Virus record (IMG/VR): IMGVR_UViG_3300044737_000122
Coordinates: 1-50,517 of that record
Reading direction: 5' to 3' (one strand)
DNA: 50,517 nucleotides
Source: a virus
Taxonomy: Duplodnaviria; Caudoviricetes
Made by a program: the position numbers and the translations under genes
Notes under the pieces: generated by a model
Seen by the model: only the letters and a program-made list of their open reading frames with translations
What the model was told of the DNA's origin: nothing
The model's database searches: none
In this document: piece after piece, positions 8,390 to 17,965 of the stretch
Numbering within the stretch: the first letter of the stretch is position 1
How the letters are laid out: every line of letters begins with the position of its first letter

Positions 8390-8620
8390 TCAGGCGTGGT
8401 CGCGCGTGTTCTCCGGCTTCCAACCCATGACCTTGAATTTCAAGAAATCCCCAACCTGCGCCGCAACCTCGCAGTTCTCCTTGTCCTTTCCGTAAGTCGT
8501 CACTTGCTCGACGCCTCCGCGACCAACACGGCGGGCAATAATGATAACCTGGTCGTACCCATATTTGTGAGCCACTAGCTCGGCCGCTTCTACTGGAATT
8601 GGTTTTGTCTCCATATGCAT
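8390..8620 (-). CDS. phage hypothetical protein
   Basis: last ORF of the leftward early operon. Confidence 0.65.
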   Translation of the reverse strand: MHMETKPIPVEAAELVAHKYGYDQVIIIARRVGRGGVEQVTTYGKDKENCEVAAQVGDFLKFKVMGWKPENTRDHA

Positions 8621-8630
8621 TGTGTGAGGC

Positions 8631-8795
8631 TTAGCTAGTAGGCTTCTTGGGTCTTATCGGCTCCATGGTGTCGGGGTCTACGCCCAGCAGGACGAGGCCG
8701 ATACGGTGCGTGACCACTTCGCGGTGCTCCTCGGAGCAAAAGCCGCCGATATAGGTCTGAATGGTGTCCTGCTTTTCACATCCGATGATGCACAT
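8631..8795 (-). CDS. 54-aa Cys-containing hypothetical protein (MCIIGCEKQDTIQTYIGGFCSEEH...)
   Basis: fills the gap in the operon; read manually. Confidence 0.45.
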   Translation of the reverse strand: MCIIGCEKQDTIQTYIGGFCSEEHREVVTHRIGLVLLGVDPDTMEPIRPKKPTS

Positions 8796-8835
8796 AAGTG
8801 TTCGTCAATGGGTCGCGCAACCGATTGTGCGGCCG

Positions 8836-10431
8836 TTAGATGAATAAGAAGTCGGCGGCCTTCCATGACCCGTCCTCATGGACGATCAGTCCCTTTGATC
8901 GAGCCATACTCTTGGCTTTGATGTAGCCGGAGCTGAGTGGTGAGTACTGGCTTTTCTCTGCGAGCGTGATGTCATCGAGACTGGCTGTCTCCAGGAGCGG
9001 GCCTAGCACTCGCTGCTCGGGGCCGGAAAGAACACTCAGAATGAACCGATGTAGCTGCTCTTGCGTGAGCACCTCAGGTGCAGTGTTAGCCCTTGATCGA
9101 CCAGAAGGGGTAAGCTCCAGGCCATCCACGTAACCGGCGGTGCGACACATACTTAGCGCCTTGATGAACCCGGATGATTTGACACTGTATTTTGCACATG
9201 CAGCGACGAGGGGAAGCTCTCTAGGTACATTCGCGTACTCAAGCATCGCGATGGCGTCGATGATGCGCATTTCTGGGCCGGTGATGTTATCAGAGGCGAC
9301 GGGGTTTACCTCAGGCGCAGCGCGCGGCTGCGGAGAAGGCCTCGCCGGCGCGGCGACCTTTTGTGCAATTCGCACTGGTTGCTGGCGAAGTGCTGAAATG
9401 GCGCTGGTGATGGGCGCCAAGGCCTGCTCAAGTCGGGCTAGCTGCCCTTCTTTGAGGACCGGCACTTCAACAGTCTTGATCTTCTCTTGCGGGATTTTCT
9501 GGATCGGGCGGTTTCTGAGTTGTGTCGTAAGGTCTTTTACTTGCTGCTTCAATTCAGCAACGGTCCTAGCCTCTTGCTCGGCTTCTGCGGGAAGGTCCGC
9601 CAGTTCCCCAAGAACGCGCTTGATGGCGCTTGTTGGTGGTACGGTCCGCGTGAGCGCGCGGGAGCCGGCTTTGGGATGCGTGGTGGCGACTGGTCCGATC
9701 GTCACGCGGGTGACTTCGTCAGAGATAGCCGGCCCGAACGCATAGAATTCCCCAGGCTTGAGGGCGCGCAAGGAAAGCATCTGCTCGCGGGACATAAAGC
9801 CAAGCTCATCGCCTGCGCGCTTCATGTCGATGTCCTGTGTGGCTCGGCCGATCAGTTTGTTGTTGCACTCTGCGGCAGCATCCTTGTTGAGCTTCGAGAT
9901 ACGTTGAGTGGCAAGCACAGCACAGTAGCCCCGCTTCCTGCCGAGCGCAGCTAAACCGATCACCGCATCCATCGCCTCGCTCTGTCCTTTCTCGGGCGCG
10001 TAGGTGTGGGCCTCGTCGATCACGACGATGCAGGGGTGCCAAAGCTCCTTAGGTGCGTTAATTAAGGCGTCGAGGAACAGCCGCACGAAACGCTTACGCT
10101 CCTGCGGGTGCAGCTCGTATAGGTCGATGATCGCCGACACCTTAAGCTCCAGCAATTTCCGGGCGAGTAGGGCGGCGCTGCGTGGCTCCGCGGGCGTGTC
10201 GCCGTCTTTGCCGGCGAGTATGAAGTCGTGCTTCTCCCGTAGCGTCGAGAACTCGCCCTCAGAGTCGATAACGATCTGCTGCACCTTGCCGTGAGTCTGC
10301 TCGAGGAGCCGGCGGAGCGCCCAAGATTTGCCGCCGCCGGAGTTGGCCTGGACGAGCAAGCGGCTCTCGATGAGCTTTGACAAGTCGATACTGGTGTTGT
10401 CGTTCAGCTTTATTTTTGTGTCGTCCGCCAT
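8836..10431 (-). CDS. HerA/DUF87-like P-loop ATPase with coiled coil and C-terminal wHTH-like region
   Basis: ANSGGGKS Walker A, IVVIDEAH Walker B, LATQR motif. Confidence 0.85.
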   Translation of the reverse strand: MADDTKIKLNDNTSIDLSKLIESRLLVQANSGGGKSWALRRLLEQTHGKVQQIVIDSEGEFSTLREKHDFILAGKDGDTPAEPRSAALLARKLLELKVSAIIDLYELHPQERKRFVRLFLDALINAPKELWHPCIVVIDEAHTYAPEKGQSEAMDAVIGLAALGRKRGYCAVLATQRISKLNKDAAAECNNKLIGRATQDIDMKRAGDELGFMSREQMLSLRALKPGEFYAFGPAISDEVTRVTIGPVATTHPKAGSRALTRTVPPTSAIKRVLGELADLPAEAEQEARTVAELKQQVKDLTTQLRNRPIQKIPQEKIKTVEVPVLKEGQLARLEQALAPITSAISALRQQPVRIAQKVAAPARPSPQPRAAPEVNPVASDNITGPEMRIIDAIAMLEYANVPRELPLVAACAKYSVKSSGFIKALSMCRTAGYVDGLELTPSGRSRANTAPEVLTQEQLHRFILSVLSGPEQRVLGPLLETASLDDITLAEKSQYSPLSSGYIKAKSMARSKGLIVHEDGSWKAADFLFI

Positions 10432-10434
10432 ACG

Positions 10435-10911
10435 CTAGAAGGGAATGTCGTCGGGATTGATGTCCTCTTCCGGGTAGGGGATAGGCGCTGCGCTCGCTGT
10501 GGGCTCGCCAGAACCGCGTTCGGACGGGGGGCGCTGGTCTGTATCATCCTCGGGCGCAACGTCCTTTGTAGGCCCGTTTACGGTGCCTGGGCGTGGGCCA
10601 AACTGGACGCGATCGGCGATGATCTCCGTGCGGTATTGCTTGCCCTTCTCCGTGGTTTCCCACGAGCGCGTCTGAATACGCCCTTCGATGTGGGCGATGC
10701 TGCCTTTCTTCAAATATTGGGCGCAGCTCTCGGCCTGCTTACCGTAGACGACGATGTTGTGATACTCGGGCACATCCACCTTCTTGTCGTCTTTTTTAAC
10801 GGTGCGGTTGGTAGCGATGCCGAAGGTTGCCACTGAGCCGCCGCTGGTAAGAGCCTTGAGCTCAGGATCGCGAGTAAGGTTGCCGAGCAAGAGAACTTTG
10901 TTGAGATTCAT
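10435..10911 (-). CDS. ssb: single-stranded DNA-binding protein
   Basis: MNLNKVLLLGNLTRDPEL...EGRIQTRSW...DDIPF acidic tail. Confidence 0.97.
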   Translation of the reverse strand: MNLNKVLLLGNLTRDPELKALTSGGSVATFGIATNRTVKKDDKKVDVPEYHNIVVYGKQAESCAQYLKKGSIAHIEGRIQTRSWETTEKGKQYRTEIIADRVQFGPRPGTVNGPTKDVAPEDDTDQRPPSERGSGEPTASAAPIPYPEEDINPDDIPF

Positions 10912-10914
10912 AAA

Positions 10915-11319
10915 TTATTGATTAGCTAGTAGCTCCGGGTTCTCGTAGATGTTGCCGATGACTTCCATGCGCCACTTCTCTCCTTGGTCGTTTACCATCC
11001 AACCGTAGTCCCACTTATTTGACTTGTCGTTTGGGTTTGTAAACCACCAAGTACCATCCTCGTACTCGACCAACCAAACCTGCTCGTCGCGTGGCTCCTT
11101 GCATATATCCCCCTCATATATCTCCTTGCCGTTCTTGTCCTTGAGGCCGGACCACTCGCCCCAGTGGGTGAGTTGAGAGTAAAGACGCGGGTCTGATACC
11201 GTCCCAAACAATCCAATATGGTCCGCTCTCTCGGCTCCTTCTTCGCTGGGGTGCAGCGTAAACAGCCACCACTGCTGACGCTCTACATCCCACGCTCTGA
11301 TTTTGATTTGTCGCATCAT
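10915..11319 (-). CDS. YopX-family protein
   Basis: IKIRAWD...GLKDKNGKEIYEGDI...EVIGNIYENPELL. Confidence 0.9.
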   Translation of the reverse strand: MMRQIKIRAWDVERQQWWLFTLHPSEEGAERADHIGLFGTVSDPRLYSQLTHWGEWSGLKDKNGKEIYEGDICKEPRDEQVWLVEYEDGTWWFTNPNDKSNKWDYGWMVNDQGEKWRMEVIGNIYENPELLANQ

Positions 11320-11672
11320 GCCGTCTTGCGCTTAGCTAATAATTCCGGGTTTTCGAACACATTCCCGATGATCTCGTAGAGCGTCTTCTTCGGGAGTTGC
11401 GGATGCCAGCGGTAGTCCTGCCACTGCACTACAGCGCGCGCGTTTCCGTTGATGGCGACGATGTGGCCCTCGAAGACCTCGCGGCGCTTCTTGTCCCGAA
11501 ATCCGGTGAACTGGACTAGCGCTTGCGGCACACGCTGCACGCCTTCGCCGTCGAGGATGCGGAATACCTCGCCCTTATCGGTAAAGCTGATCGCGCGGAC
11601 CTCGCGCATCTTGTCGTCGGCCCAAGCGCGGAATTTTATCGGGCGGTCACTATTCTTCATAACCGGGTGCAC
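11316..11672 (-). CDS. YopX-family protein
   Basis: IKFRAW...QFTGFRDK..EVFEG.I...EIIGNVFENPELL. Confidence 0.88.
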   Translation of the reverse strand: MHPVMKNSDRPIKFRAWADDKMREVRAISFTDKGEVFRILDGEGVQRVPQALVQFTGFRDKKRREVFEGHIVAINGNARAVVQWQDYRWHPQLPKKTLYEIIGNVFENPELLAKRKTA

Positions 11673-12666
11673 CTTGAGCGGCTAAAGCGGCTTCCTCCTC
11701 GGCTGTGAGCTCGCCGGTTGACGGATCGGCGGGTTTAGGGTCGGCAGCGGGAGCCGGCGCGGCTGCCTTGGGCGGCATCGCCTTCACCTGCTCCTCTAGG
11801 CGAGCGAGGATCGCGTCAGCATTCTCCACCTTGGCACCGTCCAGCTGAGTGCGGCCGATGATGCTCTTGCGAATGGCCTCTTGCGTCGTCACGTCGGCCC
11901 CGAGCAGCTTGAGGCAGTGGAGTATCTTCGCCTTCTTGCGATTGATCTCTTCGGGCGGCGCCTCCTTGCCTGAGTTGAGCCACGCGAGTATGCGCTCGCC
12001 CACCTTTTCGTCCGGCGTAAATATCTCGTCCTTGAAGAGGTTGGTGCGGTCCTTGCTGGCGCGCGCGTTGTGCGCCTGGTCGATGTCGAAGAAGATCGTA
12101 AACTCGTACTCCATGCCTTCCCGTTGGACCGGAGCCATGCCGAGCTTGACGGGGCGGGACTTTCTGTTGCCCCTGCTGTCGGTGTACTCCTCGAGCTCAT
12201 ACTGCTGCTTGCTGCGCGTGGTGGCGATGATGTGCGCAGGGGAGTTGAGCATCGCTCCCACAAGCATGCGGTGCTGTGGCGTAAGGTCGGCCCAGACCGT
12301 GTAGGAGTTCTTCGCCGACTTGCCGAGCTTGTCGGCCTGATCGAGGATGCCGCCTTCGTCGCTCCATGCGTGGCTCAAGCTGTCGATGATGATGGTATCG
12401 TAGCCGGCCTCCTCGGCGGCATGGATCGCCTCGACATACCGCTCGGGCTTGTACGGCGGCTGAAGCGATATGATGTCGTACTCAAAAAGGTCCGCATAGA
12501 GATCGCCCGAGCCCCGCTCGGTGTCGATCATTACTATGCGGCCGGTGGGGGTTATGCCCTTGGCGAGCTTCAGCGAGCTCATTGTCTTGCCAGCGCCCGA
12601 TGGGCCGGCGAGTCCGAGACGCAGCTTAGCTTTCGTGCGCTCGGCCTTCCGAATTTCTACAGTCAT
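11650..12666 (-). CDS. Sak4-like AAA_24 ATPase (phage ssDNA-annealing recombinase)
   Basis: GPSGAGKT, IDTERGS, IIDSLSHAW, QREGMEYEF; linked to ssb. Confidence 0.88.
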   Translation of the reverse strand: MTVEIRKAERTKAKLRLGLAGPSGAGKTMSSLKLAKGITPTGRIVMIDTERGSGDLYADLFEYDIISLQPPYKPERYVEAIHAAEEAGYDTIIIDSLSHAWSDEGGILDQADKLGKSAKNSYTVWADLTPQHRMLVGAMLNSPAHIIATTRSKQQYELEEYTDSRGNRKSRPVKLGMAPVQREGMEYEFTIFFDIDQAHNARASKDRTNLFKDEIFTPDEKVGERILAWLNSGKEAPPEEINRKKAKILHCLKLLGADVTTQEAIRKSIIGRTQLDGAKVENADAILARLEEQVKAMPPKAAAPAPAADPKPADPSTGELTAEEEAALAAQGAPGYEE

Positions 12667-12846
12667 ACATGATTGCGGCCCCTGCTATGGATTAAAGAGG
12701 TCGCGGCTAAAACGATAATGTGTGGCACCCCAAATCTCCGGCTCCAGGCGCTTAACTTCCTTAGGTGGAGGGGGACTAGTCTCCCTGATCACTACCTGGA
12801 GGCGCGGAGGCTTGAGGAACCACGAAACCCTGTCGAACTACCGTTC

Positions 12847-12890
12847 ATCATACCATGACGAGCGGTCGTCAACTAACCCGGTGTGGATAG
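12847..12890 (-). promoter_or_regulatory. leftward promoter/operator module of the Sak4 operon
   Basis: CTATCCACAC-N8-TTGACGACCGCTCGT-CATGG-TATGAT on the minus strand. Confidence 0.6.
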
Positions 12891-12966
12891 TGGCCGGGCC
12901 GGAGCACTGTCCAAAACTGCATTGGAGTGATAGTTAGCGGGGACAACTGCGGCGGCAGACAAGAGG

Positions 12967-13845
12967 TTGATGATGTCCCGAAAAGCTCCGAGCGACGAAG
13001 AGCAAAAGACCAAGGCGAAGTTGCTTAAAGAATACCGGAAGCTCCTCGATGCTTCTGGTGCGAACGAGATGTCGATCAAACCTTTTCTCGATGCCAATCC
13101 TAGCTTCATACCGACTCCATGGCTTTTAAATCACCATCTTCACTTCGGCGTGATCCTTCCGCAGTTCCAAATTTCTGCGGGCATCACAACCGACTATGTG
13201 TACCTGACGAAGAGTTCAACCACTTGGTGGTGCGTTTTCGTGGAGTTCGAAAGCCCTACTGGACGCTTTTTTACAAACAGCAACACTGTGACTACTCATA
13301 GCGATCTGACTCGGGGGCTGAACCAAATCGACACCTGGCGCGATTATTTGAAAAAGCACAAGGAGGCGTTCCTTAGTCAGCTAGACCCCCTGCGCGTACC
13401 TATGAACAACAATCCGGTCGACTTCCGTTATGTGCTGGTTATGGGTCGGCGCGCGGAGTTCGAGAATTCGCCGAAGAAGGTCGCTCGCTATTCCGACTAT
13501 GAGACCGGCGTAAAGCATGCCGATGTTAGAGTGATGACTTATGACGCTGTGGCGTCGGATTTCGAGTCTCTTCCGCTAGAGAAGCGACATACGATGAAGC
13601 GGGTAGGAAACATGCTTGCCTTCGAACGGTACGATCCTGAGCAGAACGGCGAGAATCTATGGGACTATCTTACTAAGGATCAATTGAAATTATCGCCTTC
13701 GCAGATCGACGCTGCGCGAGCTAGTGGCGTTCTCATCGATGATTGGCTGGAAGGAAAGAAGCTTACGAATTGGGGCCGAGACGTAGCGGGGAGTAGAAGG
13801 AGTATCCGCTCGATCCTCAAGTCGGTAAAGAAACCTCATCCCTAG
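12967..13845 (+). CDS. sduA: Shedu (DUF4263) anti-phage nuclease
   Basis: VEFESP, GLNQIDTW, YVLVMGRR, VMTYD motifs of the PD-(D/E)XK DUF4263 core. Confidence 0.8.
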   Translation: MMMSRKAPSDEEQKTKAKLLKEYRKLLDASGANEMSIKPFLDANPSFIPTPWLLNHHLHFGVILPQFQISAGITTDYVYLTKSSTTWWCVFVEFESPTGRFFTNSNTVTTHSDLTRGLNQIDTWRDYLKKHKEAFLSQLDPLRVPMNNNPVDFRYVLVMGRRAEFENSPKKVARYSDYETGVKHADVRVMTYDAVASDFESLPLEKRHTMKRVGNMLAFERYDPEQNGENLWDYLTKDQLKLSPSQIDAARASGVLIDDWLEGKKLTNWGRDVAGSRRSIRSILKSVKKPHP

Positions 13846-13973
13846 CGGGTGACTTTTTTCCCGGCGCGTACCTGGCGCATGTGCTCCTTCAGCGCCTCCT
13901 TGGAGCCGAGTTTCCTGCGGAGGTTTTTAGCGCGCTTCTTGCCGAGCGCCACGGCGCCTGGGTCTTTGTGCAT
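13842..13973 (-). CDS. 43-aa basic peptide (MHKDPGAVALGKKRAKNLRRKLG...)
   Basis: read manually; K(N/D)PxAVALG motif. Confidence 0.5.
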   Translation of the reverse strand: MHKDPGAVALGKKRAKNLRRKLGSKEALKEHMRQVRAGKKVTR

Positions 13974-13982
13974 ATCGAAATG

Positions 13983-15440
13983 TTAGCACGAGTTTTGGCT
14001 GGCATCTTCGTTTAGGATCGGCCGGTTCTTGTACGTAGGCGTCCGGTTGTTCCCGCTCCAAGAGAGTAGTTTCAGAAGCATCCGCTCAACAATCGTCTCC
14101 AGTCGACGTATTTCGCAGATAACCTTTTCGATCGGCACCTCGCCTCTTCTGTGAGTAAGGTGGTTTCGTACGCCAACCATGCTGCTGAGACCCGTCGCGC
14201 CACCAATATCGGTCACATCGATCTCCAGAGCACTGAGGTGTCGCGTGATGCGGTACATTAGCGGGACTCTCTGAAGTTCGCTCCGCTTTGCAAGAACCAA
14301 ATCGATCTGGGCCGGAGTCTTGCCCATCTCTTCCAATGCCGGGCGCATAACCTCCCAGAGCTTGCTCAGTTCGGAACGAGTAAGCGGTTGATCCTCGGGA
14401 TTGCGCTCGTCGAGTGAGGACAGAAGCTTCTCAAGTGTAAAGAAGAGTGTCGTAAACCTGTCCTCAACGAACCGGCTTGATTGCGCCCATATGTAGTACA
14501 GCATCGGAAGACGTAGATCGAAACCCTCAGCGGTCCGGCTGTTGTAGCCGGTCAACGCTTCATTCAGGAAGGCGCGGATATCCCTAGGGCTGAGTACTAA
14601 ATCTTCCCAGTCCGGAGCTTCATCGTCGCCGGTTCGGACCTGACGATAAGATTGGAGGACTTCCTCACCGTCTGAGTAGGCGCACGTGAACCAGCTGATG
14701 TAGGTCTTCGACAGGAAGCTCATCAAGAGGCATAACTTATCAACGAGGGCAGTGGAATCTTCGAGGAATGCGACTCCGTCACGTTCCGTTTCAAAGGCAT
14801 CCAGTACCCCGATCGAGAATAGTTGCGCTTGGGCTGTCTCCCGGGGAGCGTAGGCCTTGGCCCGCGGATAGTCCCCGTACACGAAATGCGGCACTGTAGA
14901 AACCTGATCGCGCGTTGCATCCAGGGGCAGGGCGGGATCGGGATGCCAGACCGATATCTCTCCCGTGTATCTAAGCGTCTGCGAGGCATGAACCAGCCAA
15001 AGGTCCGATGGTCCTGTGAGCAGGAATGTTACCTCTCGTCTTTTCACCGTGGCAGGCGAATTGAACTTTGTTCTGATATCGACGCGGTCGATTGAGAAGC
15101 GACCAAGCACCTGCTGAATTGTCGACTGTTCGTCCTTGGCGAACATACGCTCGGTAATCCGATGGAGCCGGACGCCTTCGCAAGTTATTGTTTCGCGCTC
15201 CTTGGAGGCATTACGGAGGCTACATGCGCCCCGCTCGGCCCGAAAGAACGCCTCGAGGGCGCGATACTCGGCGCTCGTCCCGCGTATTATTCCAGCAGGC
15301 GGATGATCATTTATCAGCGAATAGGTAACCTCAATCGAGAGTGGGGGTGTCTCACGATCCCCAGCTCGGAAAATACCTGCAAACGTACTCGTTTTAGAGT
15401 ACGGCGTGGAAGGTAAAAGGTCTCTATCGTCTGTCGGCAT
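13983..15440 (-). CDS. ApeA-like HEPN-domain protein (putative abortive-infection RNase)
   Basis: C-terminal LFFTLEKL...VRNHLTH (Rx4H) HEPN signature after a long beta-rich N-terminus. Confidence 0.65.
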   Translation of the reverse strand: MPTDDRDLLPSTPYSKTSTFAGIFRAGDRETPPLSIEVTYSLINDHPPAGIIRGTSAEYRALEAFFRAERGACSLRNASKERETITCEGVRLHRITERMFAKDEQSTIQQVLGRFSIDRVDIRTKFNSPATVKRREVTFLLTGPSDLWLVHASQTLRYTGEISVWHPDPALPLDATRDQVSTVPHFVYGDYPRAKAYAPRETAQAQLFSIGVLDAFETERDGVAFLEDSTALVDKLCLLMSFLSKTYISWFTCAYSDGEEVLQSYRQVRTGDDEAPDWEDLVLSPRDIRAFLNEALTGYNSRTAEGFDLRLPMLYYIWAQSSRFVEDRFTTLFFTLEKLLSSLDERNPEDQPLTRSELSKLWEVMRPALEEMGKTPAQIDLVLAKRSELQRVPLMYRITRHLSALEIDVTDIGGATGLSSMVGVRNHLTHRRGEVPIEKVICEIRRLETIVERMLLKLLSWSGNNRTPTYKNRPILNEDASQNSC

Positions 15441-15476
15441 CTTCGCCTCTAGCGAATCGGCCCGAGGATAATACCG

Positions 15477-15767
15477 CTATTCTCCAATGTTTGCGGCCTT
15501 CCTGCGCTTCCAAAACAGCGTGTAGCTGCCGTGCGCCAACAGGAACGCGACGAACGTCTCGACGAGCGTCTGAAGGATGCTCGAGACAACATTCGGATCG
15601 ACCGGGGAGCCGGTCGTGGCGCTGACGGCGATGACGCCAGCAAGCGAGAAGAGCGCTAGGACGACGCGCTTAGACGAGGTGCTCTCCATCGGTGAGAGCC
15701 ACTTGACCACGGCCATGACCAAGTTGAGAACGAACGGCGAGAGGGCTAGCAAAATTGCTGTAAGCAT
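15477..15767 (-). CDS. putative holin (3 TM)
   Basis: hydrophobic helices, basic C-terminus, next to the endolysin. Confidence 0.6.
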   Translation of the reverse strand: MLTAILLALSPFVLNLVMAVVKWLSPMESTSSKRVVLALFSLAGVIAVSATTGSPVDPNVVSSILQTLVETFVAFLLAHGSYTLFWKRRKAANIGE

Positions 15768-15831
15768 AGGTGTGTATTTTATGAATAACTGTGCGGCGCC
15801 CGGGGCAGCCGCCCTTAAAGCGTAGCACGGC

Positions 15832-16434
15832 CTAGAGGCCGGTCAGGTAGTACCTGGCAAGCCGAACGGCATTGGAAATAAGCAGCGGCAGGCCCGCTTG
15901 TTCGATCGCGTACTCCCAGCTGTAGCAGAGCGCGGGATTGTAGCTGCCGGTCGCGTCGTTTTGGTCGAGCTTCCTACCCTGAGCGTCGATGCGATACAGG
16001 CCGATGTGGGTGTGCGGCCCGGTCGAGAAGCCCGTATTGTCCGCGATCATGAGCACCTGGCCGCGCTGTAGGGGCGCGTTCTCTTTCACGAGGATCTTCT
16101 TGGCATGGCACAGGAAGATGCGCGCGTGGCAGACCTTGTCCCCAACCAGCACGGGGTCGTCGGAGACGAGGCTTATCTGGTTGCCGCCGCCGTTGGCCTC
16201 GTAAGATATGCCCTCGACGTGGAAGCCTTCAACCGGGCAGTAGACCGGGAAGGTGGTCTGGTATGCGATATCGCCCGCGCGGCCGACATTGGCGTCAACG
16301 CCATTGTGGCACTTGAAGTTGGGATCATTGAACTGAGCCGAGTAGGCGGGGTTCGAGTTGCCCCATTGCTGCGTAACGACGAAGGGCTTGAATGGGAACG
16401 ATATCCGTAGCGGCTTGGGCGCGGGTTTGTACAT
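15832..16434 (-). CDS. M23-family peptidase, putative endolysin
   Basis: HNGVD and TGFSTGPHTH zinc-binding motifs. Confidence 0.85.
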   Translation of the reverse strand: MYKPAPKPLRISFPFKPFVVTQQWGNSNPAYSAQFNDPNFKCHNGVDANVGRAGDIAYQTTFPVYCPVEGFHVEGISYEANGGGNQISLVSDDPVLVGDKVCHARIFLCHAKKILVKENAPLQRGQVLMIADNTGFSTGPHTHIGLYRIDAQGRKLDQNDATGSYNPALCYSWEYAIEQAGLPLLISNAVRLARYYLTGL

Positions 16435-16435
16435 C

Positions 16436-16714
16436 TTAGTGAAAGAAAGCCAATAAAATTCCGATAATCGTCAAGCCCAAGCCCACGACGCTGAAAGCGA
16501 TGCTGATGGCAAAGCGCCACGTCCGGGCGGAAGACTGCATGTCGCCCGTCGTCGTCTCGAGAAGGCGGATGCGCTTCTCATGGTCCTCGTTTTTGATCTG
16601 AGCGGCCTCGGTCAGTTTGCCAATGTCCTTGCTGACGTTGCTCATACGCTCATTGAGCGTGACTAGAAGGTCATGGTCAGTCTGGTACTGATCTAGCTCT
16701 CGCGGCTCGGACAT
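16436..16714 (-). CDS. coiled-coil + C-terminal TM protein (XhlA/holin-like)
   Basis: DHEKRIRLLE coiled coil and C-terminal TM; in the lysis cassette. Confidence 0.6.
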   Translation of the reverse strand: MSEPRELDQYQTDHDLLVTLNERMSNVSKDIGKLTEAAQIKNEDHEKRIRLLETTTGDMQSSARTWRFAISIAFSVVGLGLTIIGILLAFFH

Positions 16715-16765
16715 ATATGCCTAGATTGTACCACCCGGTGAAAACGGGCTTCATTCAATCCACAG

Positions 16766-17362
16766 CTAGCGGTCGATGATGCGGGTATAGATCGTGTTGG
16801 TGAAGCTGCCGATCGAGACTACGTCGTCCGGCTCTGCCTGAATGGTCGTGGAGATGTCATCCGCCGAGACGCTCGAGTACAAAGACGTGCCGTTAATCGT
16901 CACGCTGCCTTGGTTGGTTGAGAATCCCTGGATCAGCTGCGGCGCATAGCAGGTCGTAGTCGAGAAAGCGCGTGAGATGAGCCCGGATACGAGCGCGCCG
17001 TTCTTGGGCCGCCAGATGCGGGTCGTGCTCGTGGCGATGCCGATCTTGCGCGATATCGTGCCGGCCGATGTGGAGATAGCTCCGTTGGTGTCGCTCAGGT
17101 AATAGGTCGCGCCGGAGGTGAGCCCGGTCTTCTCCGAAATAATATGCGAGACGTTCACTTCGATGGGATTGTTGAGGGTCGAGGCACCTATGGCGAATCC
17201 GATGAAGTTGATGCGGTAGGCCCATGCGGAGGCCGACGCCTTCATCACCTTGCCCGTCGAGAGGTCGAGGGCCACCGCGTCGCCTGCGCTTATGGTCTCG
17301 CCCGCGGTGAGGCTCGGGGTAAACTCGTCGGCTTTGATGTCGGAGCCGGTGGTGATGGACAT
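16766..17362 (-). CDS. tail-tip/fibre-associated structural protein
   Basis: AGETISAGDAV...GLTSGATYYLS...G.ISTSAG virion-protein motif; position after the tail genes. Confidence 0.6.
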   Translation of the reverse strand: MSITTGSDIKADEFTPSLTAGETISAGDAVALDLSTGKVMKASASAWAYRINFIGFAIGASTLNNPIEVNVSHIISEKTGLTSGATYYLSDTNGAISTSAGTISRKIGIATSTTRIWRPKNGALVSGLISRAFSTTTCYAPQLIQGFSTNQGSVTINGTSLYSSVSADDISTTIQAEPDDVVSIGSFTNTIYTRIIDR

Positions 17363-17365
17363 ACG

Positions 17366-17941
17366 CTAGGAGGCATTGACGTTAATGGTAATGGAGACGG
17401 TCATCGCTTCGCTGCTGCTCTTCGTCCATCCGCCCGTCAGCGCCCGGTTGAAGAGCTGTCCGGAGTTGGCGACGGACGTGCCGTCGATAAAGAGGCCGAA
17501 CTCGTTGTACGTGCCGCTGGTGTCGGCCTTGCTGAAAAAGAAGTCGAGGCCGGCCTGGTTGCTGCTGTGCGTGCGCCGGGCATAAAGCTTTCGCTTTACC
17601 TCCGTGCCCAGCTGGGTGTCGGACGAGGCGGGAGCCGCGCTGCCGCTCCCTAGCGCGCCGTAATTGATGGCTCCGGTGTAGGTCGTCTCGCCGATCAGCA
17701 ATCCGGCAAGCACCGAGCGGCCGGTCAGGACGACTAGATTATGTGTCAAGAACTGCCGCACGGGGCAGAGCGTTTCGAGCTCCTCCAGCAAGGAAGCATA
17801 TAGCGGCTCGGGCACGTCGTGGGCCGTTCCCAGGACGTCGTTTATCTCGCGCGCGCGGTCGCTGGACAGCTCAAAATTGCGGAAGAGAAGAGAGCCCCTG
17901 AGCGCGCAATCGTCGGCGAGTGGCTGGGTAGCTGCTTGCAT
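17366..17941 (-). CDS. tail/baseplate structural protein (tail-collar-like)
   Basis: HNLVV..GR...ALGSG..APASSDTQLGTE...EFGLF motif. Confidence 0.6.
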   Translation of the reverse strand: MQAATQPLADDCALRGSLLFRNFELSSDRAREINDVLGTAHDVPEPLYASLLEELETLCPVRQFLTHNLVVLTGRSVLAGLLIGETTYTGAINYGALGSGSAAPASSDTQLGTEVKRKLYARRTHSSNQAGLDFFFSKADTSGTYNEFGLFIDGTSVANSGQLFNRALTGGWTKSSSEAMTVSITINVNAS

Positions 17942-17965
17942 ACACGCCTAATGGTAGCACGGGCG

